64,000 bases of DNA from Octopus bimaculoides (GCF_001194135.2 NC_068989.1:41257421-41321420), one strand, 5' to 3'. Counted from the first letter of the stretch, positions 40,834 to 54,699 are shown. Numbers and translations are program-made. The notes: a model not told the origin generated them from the letters alone.

Positions 40834-43410
40834 ATGTACATGTTGAAGTAGTGAGTTTGTAGAGGTAATGTGTATGTATGAATAATGGAATGGGATACAG
40901 ACACATACACACATATACATATATTATCATCATAATCATCATCACCAATATTTAATGGCAATGTTCCATATAGGTACAGGTTAAATGGTTCAGTTGCATT
41001 CAAAGGAACTAAAGGACTGCATCATGCTCCAATGTCTACTTTGACATGGTTTCTATGGCTGAATAACCTTGATAATGCCAACCACTTTACAGTGTGCACT
41101 AGGTGCTTCTTTTTTTTTTTTTCTTTTTTTTTTTGTACTACCATCACTAATGAAGTTGCCATACAGCTTGCAAGACTACAAATCCTGAGAGAGGCAGCTT
41201 TATGCAAGAAGATAAGTGTTAAAGCATGAGAGAAGAGGTCAGAGAAGAACAGGCATCTTGTTGTAGACGGGTTACATGACTGCTCACATTTTAGAAGAGA
41301 GAGTAATCAGTGTGGAGTAGAGAGGAGATAAAATTAGTGTTGTGGTTTCTGGGTGGACCCTCAAAGTATAAAGTGAGTAGAAGTGAATGGTGGGATGAGG
41401 AGCAGAAGAGCTGGGCATCTGGATGGGTAAAGGTTGCAATAATGTATGAAAGAGAGATGGGGAAGCGGGAGAGGGAGTCAATATTATGAATAAGTTAAGG
41501 CAGTGAGCTGGCAGAACTGTTAGCATGCTCGGCAAAATGCTTAGGGGCGTTCTGTCTTTCTTTACATTCTGAGTTCAAATTCTGCCAAGGCTGACTTTAC
41601 CTTTCATTGTTTTGGGGTTGATAAAATAAGTACCAGCTGAGCATTGGTGTCGATGTAATCAACTTAACCACCCTCCTGGAATTGCTGGCCTTGTGCCAAA
41701 GTTTGAAATCAATATTTTTCATGCAGTGAAGGCAGCAAGCTGGCAAAATCATTAGCACACCAGGCAAAATGCTTAGTGGCAGTTCATCTGTTTTTACATT
41801 CATCATCATCGTTTAACATCCGCTTTCCATGCTAGCATGGGTTGGACGATTTGACTGAAGAATGGTGAACCAGGTGGTTATACCAGGCTCCAATCTGATT
41901 TGGCAGAGTTTCTACAGCTGGATGCCCTTCCTAACGCCAACCACTCCGAGTGTGTAGTAGGTGCTTTTACGTGCCACCAGCACGAAGGCCAGTCAGGCAG
42001 AACTGGCAATGGCCACGCTCAAAATGGTGTATTTTACATGCCACCCACATTCTGAATTCAAATTCTGCCAACATTGACTCTACCTTTCATCCTTTCAGGA
42101 TCGATAAAATAAGTACCGGGTGTAATCAACTTATTCTCTCCCACAAACTTGCTGGCCTTGTGCCAAAATTTGAAGCCAAAGGTAAAAAGGGTAAGGACCC
42201 CCTTCAGTCATGAATGACCATGGGATGCATCTAGAAAGTTCCCCTCCACGGCACAAGTCAAGCAAGGTAATTCGGGGAAGACTGGCAATCACCCATGCAT
42301 ACCAGCCTCTCCTCTCCACACCATCAATATTATCCAAAGGAAAGGCAAAGGCCAATGCAGCTTGGTACCAGTGCCGTTGCAACTCATTTCTACAGCTGAG
42401 TGAACTGGAGCAACGTGAAGTAAAGTGTCTTGCTTAAGAACACAACACACAGCCCAAACCAAGACTCAAGCTCACTACCACATGAATGTGAGCCTGGTGC
42501 TCTAACCACTGAGCCATGTGAAGGAAAATAGAGTGACAACTGTAGTGATTGAGATGGGTGCAGGGGCAGAAGTAGTGAAGGGGTGGGGTGGGACTGGTGA
42601 CCAATGATGCATAGGGGTGAAGAATAGCAGAACAGTAATGATATACAGCAGACAAGGATGAAAGAGATGACAAGTAGTTAGGTAGGGTACAAGAATGTTG
42701 GGGAGGGGAGAGAGGTAGGCATAGTGCATGGGGGAGAGTAAGAGACTGTATAGTGATGAGGGAGAGAGATAATTTGGAGAGAGATACATAGATATACATA
42801 CATATATATACATATATATATATAATAATATTATTAGGGACAAAATCCAAAATTACAGGTAAAAAACTCAATTAAAATCAATTTATAAAAAATTAAATTG
42901 AGCCTTATAGATAAAGTATATATAAAATATATATAGTTTTAGGGAAAATAACCAATTTTCAAGAACTCATCGATGAAAATCCACTATCACATATAGAAAA
43001 ATTAATAATTAAAAGCACAATAAATGAGTATAATATAAAGNNNNNNNNNNNNNNNNNNNNNNNNNNNNNNNNNNNNNNNNNNNNNNNNNNNNNNNNNNNN
43101 NNNNNNNNNNNNNNNNNNNNNNNNNNNNNNNNNNNNNNNNNNNNNNNNNNNNNNNNNNNNNNNNNNNNNNNNNNNNNNNNNNNNNNNNNNNNNNNNNNNN
43201 NNNNNNNNNNNNNNNNNNNNNNNNNNNNNNNNNNNNNNNNNNNNNNNNNNNNNNNNNNNNNNNNNNNNNNNNNNNNNNNNNNNNNNNNNNNNNNNNNNNN
43301 NNNNNNNNNNNNNNNNNNNNNNNNNNNNNNNNNNNNNNNNNNNNNNNNNNNNNNATACATACATATATATACATATATATACATACACATATATATACAT
43401 ATATTTCATA

Positions 43411-43575
43411 CATAAATATATAGGGATTGACAGTAACCTGCTTCTCCAACATACTGAGAATTCAGAAATAGCAGTCAAAGAACTACTGATTTTAAAACTA
43501 CAAATTATTACTCCATATTTCTGAATTCTCAGTATGTTGGAGAAGCAGGTTACTGTCAATCCCTATATATTTATG
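43411..43575. repeat. Perfect 60-bp inverted repeat, 45-bp spacer
   Basis: 43411-43470 is the exact reverse complement of 43516-43575. Confidence 0.95.
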
Positions 43576-43883
43576 ATTATAAATGTTTTTTACCGAAAAG
43601 GTTTTCATACTGAGCTACCCGGCAAAATTGTTAATTATTAATTTTATTACTAATTGACGATTCCCTGCCCTGCATATCTATATTTCATACATATATATTT
43701 ACATATATATATATATATATATATATACATACATACATACATATACATATATATATACATATATGCATACATACATATATACATTTATTCTACTTAATGT
43801 ACATACACTGTTGACAGGTAAGATGCTGTAATTTTCATCCAAGATAAAAATTTTTTATAGATGTGTTGTTTTAAAAACACATG

Positions 43884-44097
43884 TATGAGGGGGTGCTGAA
43901 AAGTTTCTGGCTTTAAGGGTATCGTGAAAGGCCTGCCTGGAGGCCTGACCTTCCAAGTTCTTTTACAGGGCTTAGAAAAACTGAAGGATTTTAAGAGTGT
44001 GGATCTGAGAGGGAAATATGCTGAATAAAATCATAATTAACTGATCCTCCTGTATTTTCTTTTACACAGAACCAGGAATTTTTCAGCACCCCTTGTA
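43884..44097. mobile_element. Mariner-type MITE
   Basis: TA-flanked TIRs TATGAGGGGGTGCTGAAAAGTTTCTGG / CCAGGAATTTTTCAGCACCCCTTGTA. Confidence 0.85.
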
Positions 44098-44298
44098 TAT
44101 TGGAGGGAGATATAAAATTATCAGGGCAGAGGCTAGCAAGAACACCAGACACATTTCAGTCTTGCCCGTCAATGTGTGTATACACTTAGTATGAAACATA
44201 GATGTACATGTGCATGTTTAGAAGGAAGGTGTATCAAAACAGCAATAAACTATATCAATTATTCAATAAGGAAATAGTATTCTTGTGGAATACTAGAC

Positions 44299-44455
44299 AC
44301 AGATGTTCAACAGATACTTAACAGATGTTCAACAGATACCTAACAGATGTTCAACAGATACTTAACAGATGTTCAACAGATACCTAACAGATGTTCAACA
44401 GATACTTAACAGATGTTCAACAGATACTTAACAGATGTTCAACAGATATTCAACA
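44299..44455. repeat. 22-bp minisatellite (ACAGATGTTCAACAGATACYTA) x~7
   Basis: Tandem units visible directly. Confidence 0.95.
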
Positions 44456-44485
44456 AACTATAGAGAGAATACTGAAGGCAGATTT

Positions 44486-44714
44486 TTAACCCTTTAGCAT
44501 TTAAACTGACTATATCAGTCCCATATATTCTACCTGTTTTATGCTCAAACAGGACAGATCTGGCCTCTCATACCTACCCTACAATATCATTCTAAAACAT
44601 AAACAATCATATCATTGAAATCTTGAAGCTACAAGGTAATTCATGATTAATTCAAAACATTGTGAATAAATAAGCATTACATTTGACAGAATAATCTGAA
44701 TGCTAATGGGTTAA
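44486..44714. mobile_element. piggyBac-type MITE (TTAA-CCCTTTAGCATT TIR); further copies 30395-30614, 36941-37167, 14603-15047
   Basis: TTAA at both ends, TIR CCCTTTAGCATT/AATGCTAATGGG, shared internal sequence between copies. Confidence 0.8.
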
Positions 44715-47099
44715 CTGGCACTCCATCAGTTATGACAAGAGTTCCAGTTGATCCGATCAACAGAACAGCCTGCTCGTAAAATTGATGTGCAAGTGGCTGA
44801 GCACTCCACAGACATGCTTATCCTGAACATAGGTCTCAGGGAGATTCAGTATGATACAGAATGCGACAAGGTTAGCCCTTTCAAATACAGGCACTACTGA
44901 GTATACTCACAGATAAGTCATACAAGCAGATATGCTACAGCCTTAGTTTGGAGTAGTCAAAGTAAGTATTTGCAGCTGACTCGTAGGTAGGTTGCACTAT
45001 AATCGGAGGAGTTACATGGCCCTTTTTTAACGTAGATATAACTAATATTCATTAAATATTATCAAATATTCACCTTTATTTCAAAACTTGGCTTACAAAT
45101 TTTAGAGCATTTTAGCGGAATTGACTTTATGAAAGTTGTCTAACTGATAAATCAGCTGAGCGAAAAAAAATTGATAAGTATCAACTTGACAAGAAAAATG
45201 TCTAGAATTACAAACAGAACAGAAAAGATGTTACATAAGGCTACTGATACACTGCGGTCTACTTCAGATCACCGTGATGTCAAGTAGATAGGTCACATCC
45301 CTGATTTGTATTGAAATTTCTGGTAAAAGAAATGTGCAACCTATCCTTGAGTATATATGGTGCTCATTTTTGTCAGTTGAATGGACTGGTACTAAGTGAA
45401 AAAAATTGTCTTGTTCAAGGATACAACATGCCACCAAGAATCAAACTCACAACCTTATATTTGTGAACCAAATACTCTAACCACAAAACGATGGGCCTTT
45501 ACGAAGACTAAACGGAGGTTGACTAAAATGCGTGGTTGTTAACAGATGTTTTCAATAAACTATCTGGAATACAAATTACAGATGTTTAACAGATATAAAA
45601 TAAATTGTGAGGTTGTTAACAGATGTCCAAAAACTATGAGGAATAGTAAAGACTGATGTTTTTAACAGATGCTAAACTGTGATTGTTAACATGTTTAAAC
45701 AGTGTCCCTGTTAACAGATGTTATGTAAACATAAATACAAGAGACAGATATTAATAGAATTATAAATAAATTGTATAGAATATCACAGACACGGCTATAA
45801 ACATAGTAAAGTATCATTCTATGCTATAAACAACTACAAAATAAAATTTTGAATTCAAAAAGTTCAGTAATGAACATAAATAAAAACAAAAATATGTAAA
45901 ATATATTACCAAGAAAATGTAAGTTTCCTTCCACCAAAGTGGTCCCTGTAACTTGGTTCTCTGAAACATAAAAGATAACTCTTTATAATAATGATAGCTG
46001 ATAGAAATAGTTATTGGTTGATTGGTTGGTTGATTGATTGAATTCATCAATCATGTATTACAACATATACAAAGAAGGGGAGAGAGAGTAAGGGAGAGAT
46101 ACAGTGAGAGAGTAACACAAGAGGTGCAGGACAAGTGGACATATTAGGCTTGGTGGTAGGTAATGAGTAAAAGAACACTACACTCACACACAAAGTGAGA
46201 GAGAAAGAACTGTAAACAGAGGAGGGGAAGGAGAGGAGATAAAGGAGGTGACAGGAGGAGGAGGAAGAAATAGCAGAGTAATTATGGTAAGAGTTATACA
46301 AATGAGAAATTTGTTTTATTTAATATTAGTAATAAATATTTTTTTCTTTCGAAAATTGGTATTCATTTCATCATTTTGTATGAGCACCAAGAAATTTGCT
46401 AAAAGTTAGATCGTAATTATTGTATATGTCCCACATTTTCTGATAATATCCATGACGGCAAAAGTATACTTCCAAAGTTACCCACAATATGTGTTTACAT
46501 ACCTGCAACTTAGTGGTTCAGCAAAAGAAGTTTAAAGAACCAAACTTTAAAAAATAAGCACTGGAGTTGATTTGTTCAACTAAAATTGCTCAATGCTGTG
46601 CCCTAGTATGGCTACAGTCTAATAACTGAAACAGGTAAAAGAACTATATGTAAAATATTTTTGCAGATATTTCAATAACTTTGAACTATAGTAAAATAGT
46701 TTTCTTTGTGGGTGGGTGGATGTTGGAACCCCTCAATACCATTTGTTTTATATGTGACAATAAAAATATCTTTAAGGAATTACACCCTTGAATACTTAAT
46801 CATAGATTCTTATTTCATTCCAATCAGATAAGCAGATAGATAGAAAGACAGATAGACAAGGAGAGGGCGAGAGAGAGAGAGATCCTTACACCCACAAGGT
46901 AAACTACAATGCATCTGAGCTAGACAATTGTTTTAAGAAAATTTGAGAATGATTTTCTACAAATTATATCTGCAGAGAAGAGGCAAATGCAAGAAGAAAG
47001 TTGTAACTAATATATATATGACCGTGCTCCAGTATGACAACACAACGATCTCTGTCTGAAATAAGTGATTGTAACAAATATATGTGTGGTTGTGGTGAA

Positions 47100-47271
47100 G
47101 AAGGGAGGGACAGATAGACAGACATATTGACAGACAGATAGGGAGATAGGTAGACATGCAGACAACTAGGTGGGACAGACAGATAGATAGGTAGAAAGAT
47201 AAAGAGAAAGAGATACATACATAGACAGATAAGATTGATATGCAAATAGGTAGAAAGACAGATAGACAAGG

Positions 47272-47353
<82 letters not shown>

Positions 47354-47700
47354 GCAGACAGACAGTTAAATGAACAGACAGAAAGATTGACAGACAGTGA
47401 CCAACAGACAAACAGATGGACAGGCTGACAGACAGACAAACAGATTGATTGATAGGCAGACACACAGACAGATTGATAGGCAGGGCAGATAGGCAGATAG
47501 ACAGACAGATTAACAGACAGATAGATAGACAGACAGACAAATAGGCAAACAGCCAGATAGGTAGGTATAGATAGACAGAGAGATAGGTAGAAAGATAAAC
47601 AGGTAAATAGAGATATAAGTAGAAAGATAAATAGACAAACAGATAGATAAATAGACAGACAGACAGACAGACAAACAAACAGAAAGATAGATAGACAGAG
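47100..47700. repeat. Degenerate (GATA/GACA)n tetranucleotide array
   Basis: Visible directly; source of spurious LSVC-rich ORFs. Confidence 0.95.
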
Positions 47701-48589
47701 AGAATACCTCTGGAAAGCATTCTGTATATGAAACTGATTACAGCAACTTCGCCAATGTTGGGTAGTCAAGGAGATTGTTGCTTCATAAGTGAACAATGCT
47801 TAATATCTATCACAAAATGTAATAGGACTTTACTTCGGTTCAGATGACTAATGAAACATGTCAGTTATATAATGATACAGTTGAGAACAGCAATGAACTG
47901 TATTGCTCTGTGGTATGTATCTACATCTAGCTAAATGGGATTGACGCAGTGAGAGGAAAGTGTTTTTAACGCAGGACATAATGAGTCAATAGACACAGGT
48001 GACAAACCATCAGGCTTTTGACTGACAGATTGACATCATAATATCTTAGTACTTGTGACTCGCTAAATTATTAATTATGGTAGAGGTGTGACCACGACTG
48101 CTCCTCTACTGTAATTGTAATATGAAGACTGCTTTGCAAATATGTGGTTTCAGGGCCAGTTTTACACGGCAACAACTTAAGCAAGTGGTCTGTACTATAT
48201 AGCCACAGGCTGACCAATGGCTTGGGAGTGAACATGATGGATGGGAACTGTGCAGAACATTGTGTGTGTGCTTGTGTTTGTACACATACATACGTATGTA
48301 AAGGTTAAAAAAGGTAAATTTACCTTTTTGAGTGATGCTAACTCATAAGGGACAGTTTCCCGGCTTCCACGGCGTATAAATTTCTTACCTGGACAGGACA
48401 CCTGTCTATCGCAGGATTACTCATTTTTGCCAGCTAAGTGGACTGGAGCGACATGAAATGAAGTGTTTTGCTCAAGAACACAACTCATTGCCCAGTCCAG
48501 GAATCAAAACCATGCTCTTACGATCATGAGCCCAATGCCCTCACTATCAAGCCATATGCCTCTACTATATATGTGTGCATTCCAAGTAT

Positions 48590-48850
48590 ATAATGTGTGT
48601 GCAAGGCTTGCAAATCAATTTTAGGACTGAAGATACATTTGGCAGTTCAGAGGAATTATATCTCACAGAATGATCCAATCAATCCAGTGAAAGTCAAAAC
48701 TTCCGTCTGTTGCCTGTGTTTCAAACTATGCCTATCTGCAGCTGGACTGAATAGTCATCTGGAATGCCATAGATGGAATGTCTACAATGCCACTGACAAC
48801 AATGAAGCTCAGAGAGACAGCAATCATCTGTGAAGACGAAACAATCACCA
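48590..48850 (+). mobile_element. RTE-type C-terminal zinc-finger remnant
   Basis: CKACKSILGLKIH and CCLCFKLCLSAAGLNSHLECH. Confidence 0.55.
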
Positions 48851-48991
48851 TATATTTAGGTGCAAGCATGGCTGCATGGTAAGAAATTTGCTTCCAAACT
48901 ACATGGTACTGGGTTAACCTTGGATATGTGTCTCCTACTAAATCCAACCAAAGCCTTGTAAGGAGATTTGTGTGTGCATGCATGTGTGCAT

Positions 48992-49104
<113 letters not shown>

Positions 49105-51785
49105 ATATTTCACTCGTCATCATTTGAGCAAAATAGTAGTGATGTTTATACATCCTTTGTTGACATTAAGCTCAGTCACTCTGCCGAAATCTAAGAGCTA
49201 AAAAAATAAAACCCTTACCTGAAAAGCAGGCAAGGATTGGTGACAGGAAGAGCATCCAACAGAGAAAATCCTGCCTCAAAATTAATTTCCATTCAAACCA
49301 TTCAAGCATGGAGGAACGGACGTTAACCCAATGAATGAATAGTCAAATGAAAGTCTCGTCTCTCGCCGTCTCCAGTAGTAACAGAGTTATCTACCTTTAC
49401 TAAAATCAAAGTAACAGACACTTGGCGATGACCAATAACAATCAGATGGAATGTTAGTTTAAATACCATCGAAGGATTTGGTCTTTATACAAGGTAGAAA
49501 GAGGGTTTGTGTGTGGCTGCTTAAACAGCTAGAAATAGCAGTCAAATTTCTTTCAAATCAGAACCAAATGATTTGAAAAGGAAAGATATATTAGATCATA
49601 GAGTGATGTAGTGCTTGATATATAACAATAATCATAAAATTATTGCGTATAGTGCTCAGGTGCTACAACTCATCAAAGGTACATATACAGTACATAGTAT
49701 TATGTACAAAAGACAGGAAAGTGAACAGTATATGAGTCATGATATACATGTGTGCATGCTTGAGAGCCGAACAGGATCGTCACATTTGGAACAGCTTTGA
49801 TCATAGGACTGCTCAGTCAGTACTATCCAGGTTTGCACAACAACAAGCAAGTAAATAGGTTTAAGACATTCATTCTATGCACATGATAACAATTCTAATC
49901 TATCTATCTATCGAGCTAGCTAGCTAGCTAGCTATCTATCTTTCTCTCCCCCTCTCTCTTTATCTAATTCTCTCTCCCTTCTCTCTTTCTCTAATTCTCT
50001 CTCCCTCTCTCTCTCTTTCACAAATATTGGTAGATTTTGTTCAACCTATTTTGTTATAGAGTTACATAGATACTCTCAGTGACACTGTCTCCTCCATTTT
50101 AAAAGAGGTCATATTCAATTGATTACATGGTCTACTGTGTGATGTCTCCTACTCAAGTGGATATCTCACTGGAGTGTGAGTCCCGGAAGACTCAGCAGCT
50201 TCATAAGAACCAGATTGGATATCAAATAAACAGGGATCAGTAGTCACTGACACTTTTACCAGCACTGTACTGAGTATAAATCTCAAAGGCTCAGTCTACC
50301 TAACTGTAAATAGGTGCCACAATGTGGTATAGCTCAGTATATTGTGTCCATGACTAAGTCATTTAACTGCCAAAGGCTTAGTTTGCATGGTGGTAAATAG
50401 GTATCACAATGTGGTATGGTCTACCAAAGGAAGTGGGAACTGGAGTATAAAATGAATAATTTGCTTTGATATCCAGCCATTCAAATTCACCTGCAAATAC
50501 ACTTTGAAAGGAAATAGTTTCAACCATGCTTACCAACCTCTAAATATACAAAACATGAGGTTGACGTCTTCTGCTAAGTCCCTATGGGACTATGGCCATA
50601 TGCTGACACTACTATGACTCAAAATAGTATATGGCTATTAGGAAATGAAACACATTGCATGTGAAAGATAAGATATTGTTAGCACAGCAACATTTGTGTG
50701 TTAATAACTACCAGAGAAAGAGTGGGGAGAGATACGGAGAGGAAAAGTAGGATAGGTGTGAGTGAGATAGAGAGAGTGAGGGTGAGACAAGAAAGAAATT
50801 CAAAGGTTTTTTTTTAAATATCTTCCTAGTGTAACAGCTGTAATCTTGAAATTATATTTATCTTCTTGTCCACTGGATTATATGCATGCGTGTCTGTATG
50901 TATGTATGGTTTGTACTTCATAGATATATGCATGCATGTGTATGTATATGTGTGTGTGAGTGTGTGTCTGTATGTGTCACCATTATCATCATCATCATCA
51001 TCATCACTAAATTACATCCACTTTCCAAGGTGATATAAGCTGGACAGTTCTTCACAATCTGCACCAGTTCCTAATAAACGTTACTGCATTCTTAAAGTGG
51101 TCAGGTGAACATATCTTGCTAGTATATTTTTATTTTTAGATGGTTTCTACAGCTCTTCCCACCACCAACCACAACCTATCATGCAGTATGTGCAAGTGTG
51201 CGTTGTATGTGTGCGAGTGTTAGTGTGTGAATATGATTGCTTAATAGTTAGCACTACAATCATATTGATCCCTGGCCCAAAGCATCACATTGTGAAGTAT
51301 TTTATAAAAAACATTATGAAACTCTACAGTGATATTTTTTGTATGAAATACTACACTCTCTTTTACTCTTTTACTTGTTTCAGTCATTTGACTGTGGCCA
51401 TGCTGGAGCACCGCCTTTAGTCGAACAAATCAACCCCAGGTCTTATTCTTTGTAAGCCTAGTACTTATTCTATTGGTCTCTTTTGCCGAACCACTAAGTT
51501 ACGGGTACGTAAACTCACCAGCATCGGTTGTCAAGCGATGGTGGGGGGACAAACACAGACACACAAACATATATATATATATACATATATACGATGGGCT
51601 TCTTTCAGTTTCCGTCTACCAAATCCACTCACAAGGCTTTGGTCGGCCTGAGGCTATAGTATAAGACACTTGCCCAAGGTGCCACGCAGTGGGACTGAAC
51701 CCGGAACCATGTGGTTGGTAAGCAAGCTACTTACCACACAGCCACTCCTGCACGAGAATTATTCTACTTTGACTGAACTAATACC

Positions 51786-51819
<34 letters not shown>

Positions 51820-51874
51820 TCATCATCATGTACATATATATCATATACATCACATTATCATATATCATCATCAT

Positions 51875-53085
51875 CATCATCATCGTTTAACGTCCGCTTT
51901 CCATGCTAGCATGGGTTGGACGATTTGACTGAGGACTGGTGAAACCGGATGGCAACACCAGGCTCCAGTCTGATTTGGCAGAGTTTCTACAGCTGGATGC
52001 CCTTCCTAACGCCAACCACTCAGAGAGTGTAGTGGGTGCTTTTACGTGTCACCCGCACGAAAACGGCCACGCTCGAAATGGTGTCTTTTATGTGCCANNN
52101 NNNNNNNNNNNNNNNNNNNNNNNNNNNNNNNNNNNNNNNNNNNNNNNNNNNNNNNNNNNNNNNNNNNNNNNNNNNNNNNNNNNNNNNNNNNNNNNNNNNN
52201 NNNNNNNNNNNNNNNNNNNNNNNNNNNNNNNNNNNNNNNNNNNNNNNNNNNNNNNNNNNNNNNNNNNNNNNNNNNNNNNNNNNNNNNNNNNNNNNNNNNN
52301 NNNNNNNNNNNNNNNNNNNNNNNNNNNNNNNNNNNNNNNNNNNNNNNNNNNNNNNNNNNNNNNNNNNNNNNNNNNNNNNNNNNNNNNNNNNNNNNNNNNN
52401 NNNNNNNNNNNNNNNNNNNNNNNNNNNNNNNNNNNNNNNNNNNNNNNNNNNNNNNNNNNNNNNNNNNNNNNNNNNNNNNNNNNNNNNNNNNNNNNNNNNN
52501 NNNNNNNNNNNNNNNNNNNNNNNNNNNNNNNNNNNNNNNNNNNNNNNNNNNNNNNNNNNNNNNNNNNNNNNNNNNNNNNNNNNNNNNNNNNNNNNNNNNN
52601 NNNNNNNNNNNNNNNNNNNNNNNNNNNNNNNNNNNNNNNNNNNNNNNNNNNNNNNNNNNNNNNNNNNNNNNNNNNNNNNNNNNNNNNNNNNNNNNNNNNN
52701 NNNNNNTTTTACTCTGAGTGAGAGTCCCTTTGTCGCCAGCAGAGGTAAGAGCTCTCTAAACTTTGCCCAGGCTATTCTTATTCTAGCAGCTACACTTTCA
52801 GCGCACCCACCCCCACTACTAACTTGGTCGCCCAGATAGCGGAAGCTATCGACTACCTCTAGTTTTTCACCCTGGAATGAGATAGAAGTTGTTTCCTGTT
52901 TGTTTGCAGTCTTTATTGCACCTGAACATCTGCCACAAACAAAAACTAACTTGCTAGTTAACCTGCCTTTGATGTTGCTGCACCTCTTATGTGTCCATAG
53001 CTTGCACCGGGTACATCTTATAGAGTTACTACCTACTCCTTTTCTACATACTGAGCAGGGCCATCTACCCCTACAAATTATAGAT
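51875..53085 (-). mobile_element. Young 5'-truncated RTE LINE: ORF2 fragment (52707-53085), gap, 3' tail ending (TGA)n
   Basis: WPCSVCRKGVG..C..C..H.RC insertion, FRYLGD, RIRIAWAKFRELLP; no stops in the sequenced part. Confidence 0.9.
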
Positions 53086-53394
53086 CCCTTACAGATCATA
53101 ATACCAATCAGTTTTGCACTGCATGGTAAGATCAGCAGATATATATAAAGAAAGACAGAAGATGATGAATGGAAAGGTTGGTCATTTCCCTAAAATTCTG
53201 CATAAATACTTAAATAAATTTCCTTCTGTATATAAGCTTCTTATACAATCATGATTTTTCATGAACTTAAAATAATTATAAATTTATTTTACTACCTATT
53301 TTGATTACTTTCAATAGCCTCAGGAAGACCAAAGCTTTGTGAGTGGATTTGGTAGATGGAAACTAAAAGAAGCTTGTCATATATATATTTAACA

Positions 53395-53448
<54 letters not shown>

Positions 53449-54192
53449 TGTCGCCCCACTGTCGCTTGACAACCGGTGTTGGTGTGTTTACATCCCCATA
53501 ACTGAACAGCTCAGCAGAAGAAAGCAGTAGAATAAATCCTAGACTTAAACAGAATAAATCCTGGGGGGTCAATTTCTTTGACTGAAACTCTTCAAGGCAG
53601 TACCCCAGTACGGCAACAGTAAAATGACTGAAACAAGTAAAAGAATAAAAGAAAACGTGCACACAAATATATACATACTTGGGTGTGCTTGTGTATATGT
53701 GTATGTGTGTGTGTAACTTAAAAGTATATCTTCCTTAAATTTCTGACAGTTTCAGCCAACATAGCCATTTTCTCTTACATTTCCCTCATTGTCACCCTTC
53801 CCTATTACATTCACATCATTAAATTTTTTTGTGTAATATTTCTCATACAGCTGACAGCACTTGATTGTCACATCAATCATATTTCTTTAACTTAAGTGCT
53901 ACATGAAGATTTGTTTCTTTATGCCTCAAGAAGTTTGCTGATGTAAATCCAACGTTAAGAATAGTGTTAAAATAGAGGATTTAGAAACTATTATAGTTTC
54001 CATGGCAACAGATGCGACCAAGCTGTATAAAACCTATTCACCCTGTTACAAGTCTTCTTGTCTAACATACATCATCTTCAGTACTGACACATCAAAAATA
54101 ATAATCACACACACACACACACACATGCACACAACATATATATAAATTGATTAAAGAATACAGTATTATAGATTCACTTCAGCTGATCTTAC

Positions 54193-54206
54193 CAATCAGT
54201 TTTGCA
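54193..54206 (-). CDS. Candidate 14-nt microexon (xAKLI), phase 2->1
   Basis: ctag|TGCAAAACTGATTG|GTAAGA; joined to exon 36245 reads AKLIDTLKEIALEDRELLLSSIYELL. Confidence 0.45.
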
Positions 54207-54699
54207 CTAGGTATTAATTAACCAGATATTAGATAATACTGTTACGTAACACCATGTGCTCTTCAGAGATGACAGGTGTGGAAAAAAAATATTTTTTCCA
54301 CATTTGCCAAAAAATATTTTTTGCTGTTATCTAATATCAAGTTACTTAATACCCAGTGAAAAACCAACTGGTAAGATAAGCTGAAATGGATTTAAATTCT
54401 GATTACTAAACCCACTCAGCTGACAAATATATGAGTATCCAAAATATATCAAAGAACAGAGTCTGCTGCACAATTTTACAAGACAATGAGGAATGATGGA
54501 ATAAATGATGTTTTGCAATGTGTTTAAGTGTATCAAATCAGCTAAAAAATGGAAAGTAAGTCAACTGATTATACCAATATCTTAGAGAATATAGAGAGAA
54601 ATAAAGTTCTGTTATCATGCCAGGTAACAAAGCTTTCTCTCTCATATGTCACTATATGTTACACTAAATCTTTGAGATAACAACAGGAACAACAATGTC

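Noticed and set aside
44299-44455. CRISPR-like array
   Set aside because: Units are contiguous with no unique spacers; eukaryotic context; no cas genes
44911-44996. Exon with in-frame TAG rescued by A-to-I editing
   Set aside because: Phase 1->0 does not fit the 1->1 slot, no domain similarity; speculation only
46957-47796. 279-aa and similar long low-complexity ORFs (poly-HT, YI, LSVC, poly-L/E, X-runs)
   Set aside because: Products of microsatellites or N gaps
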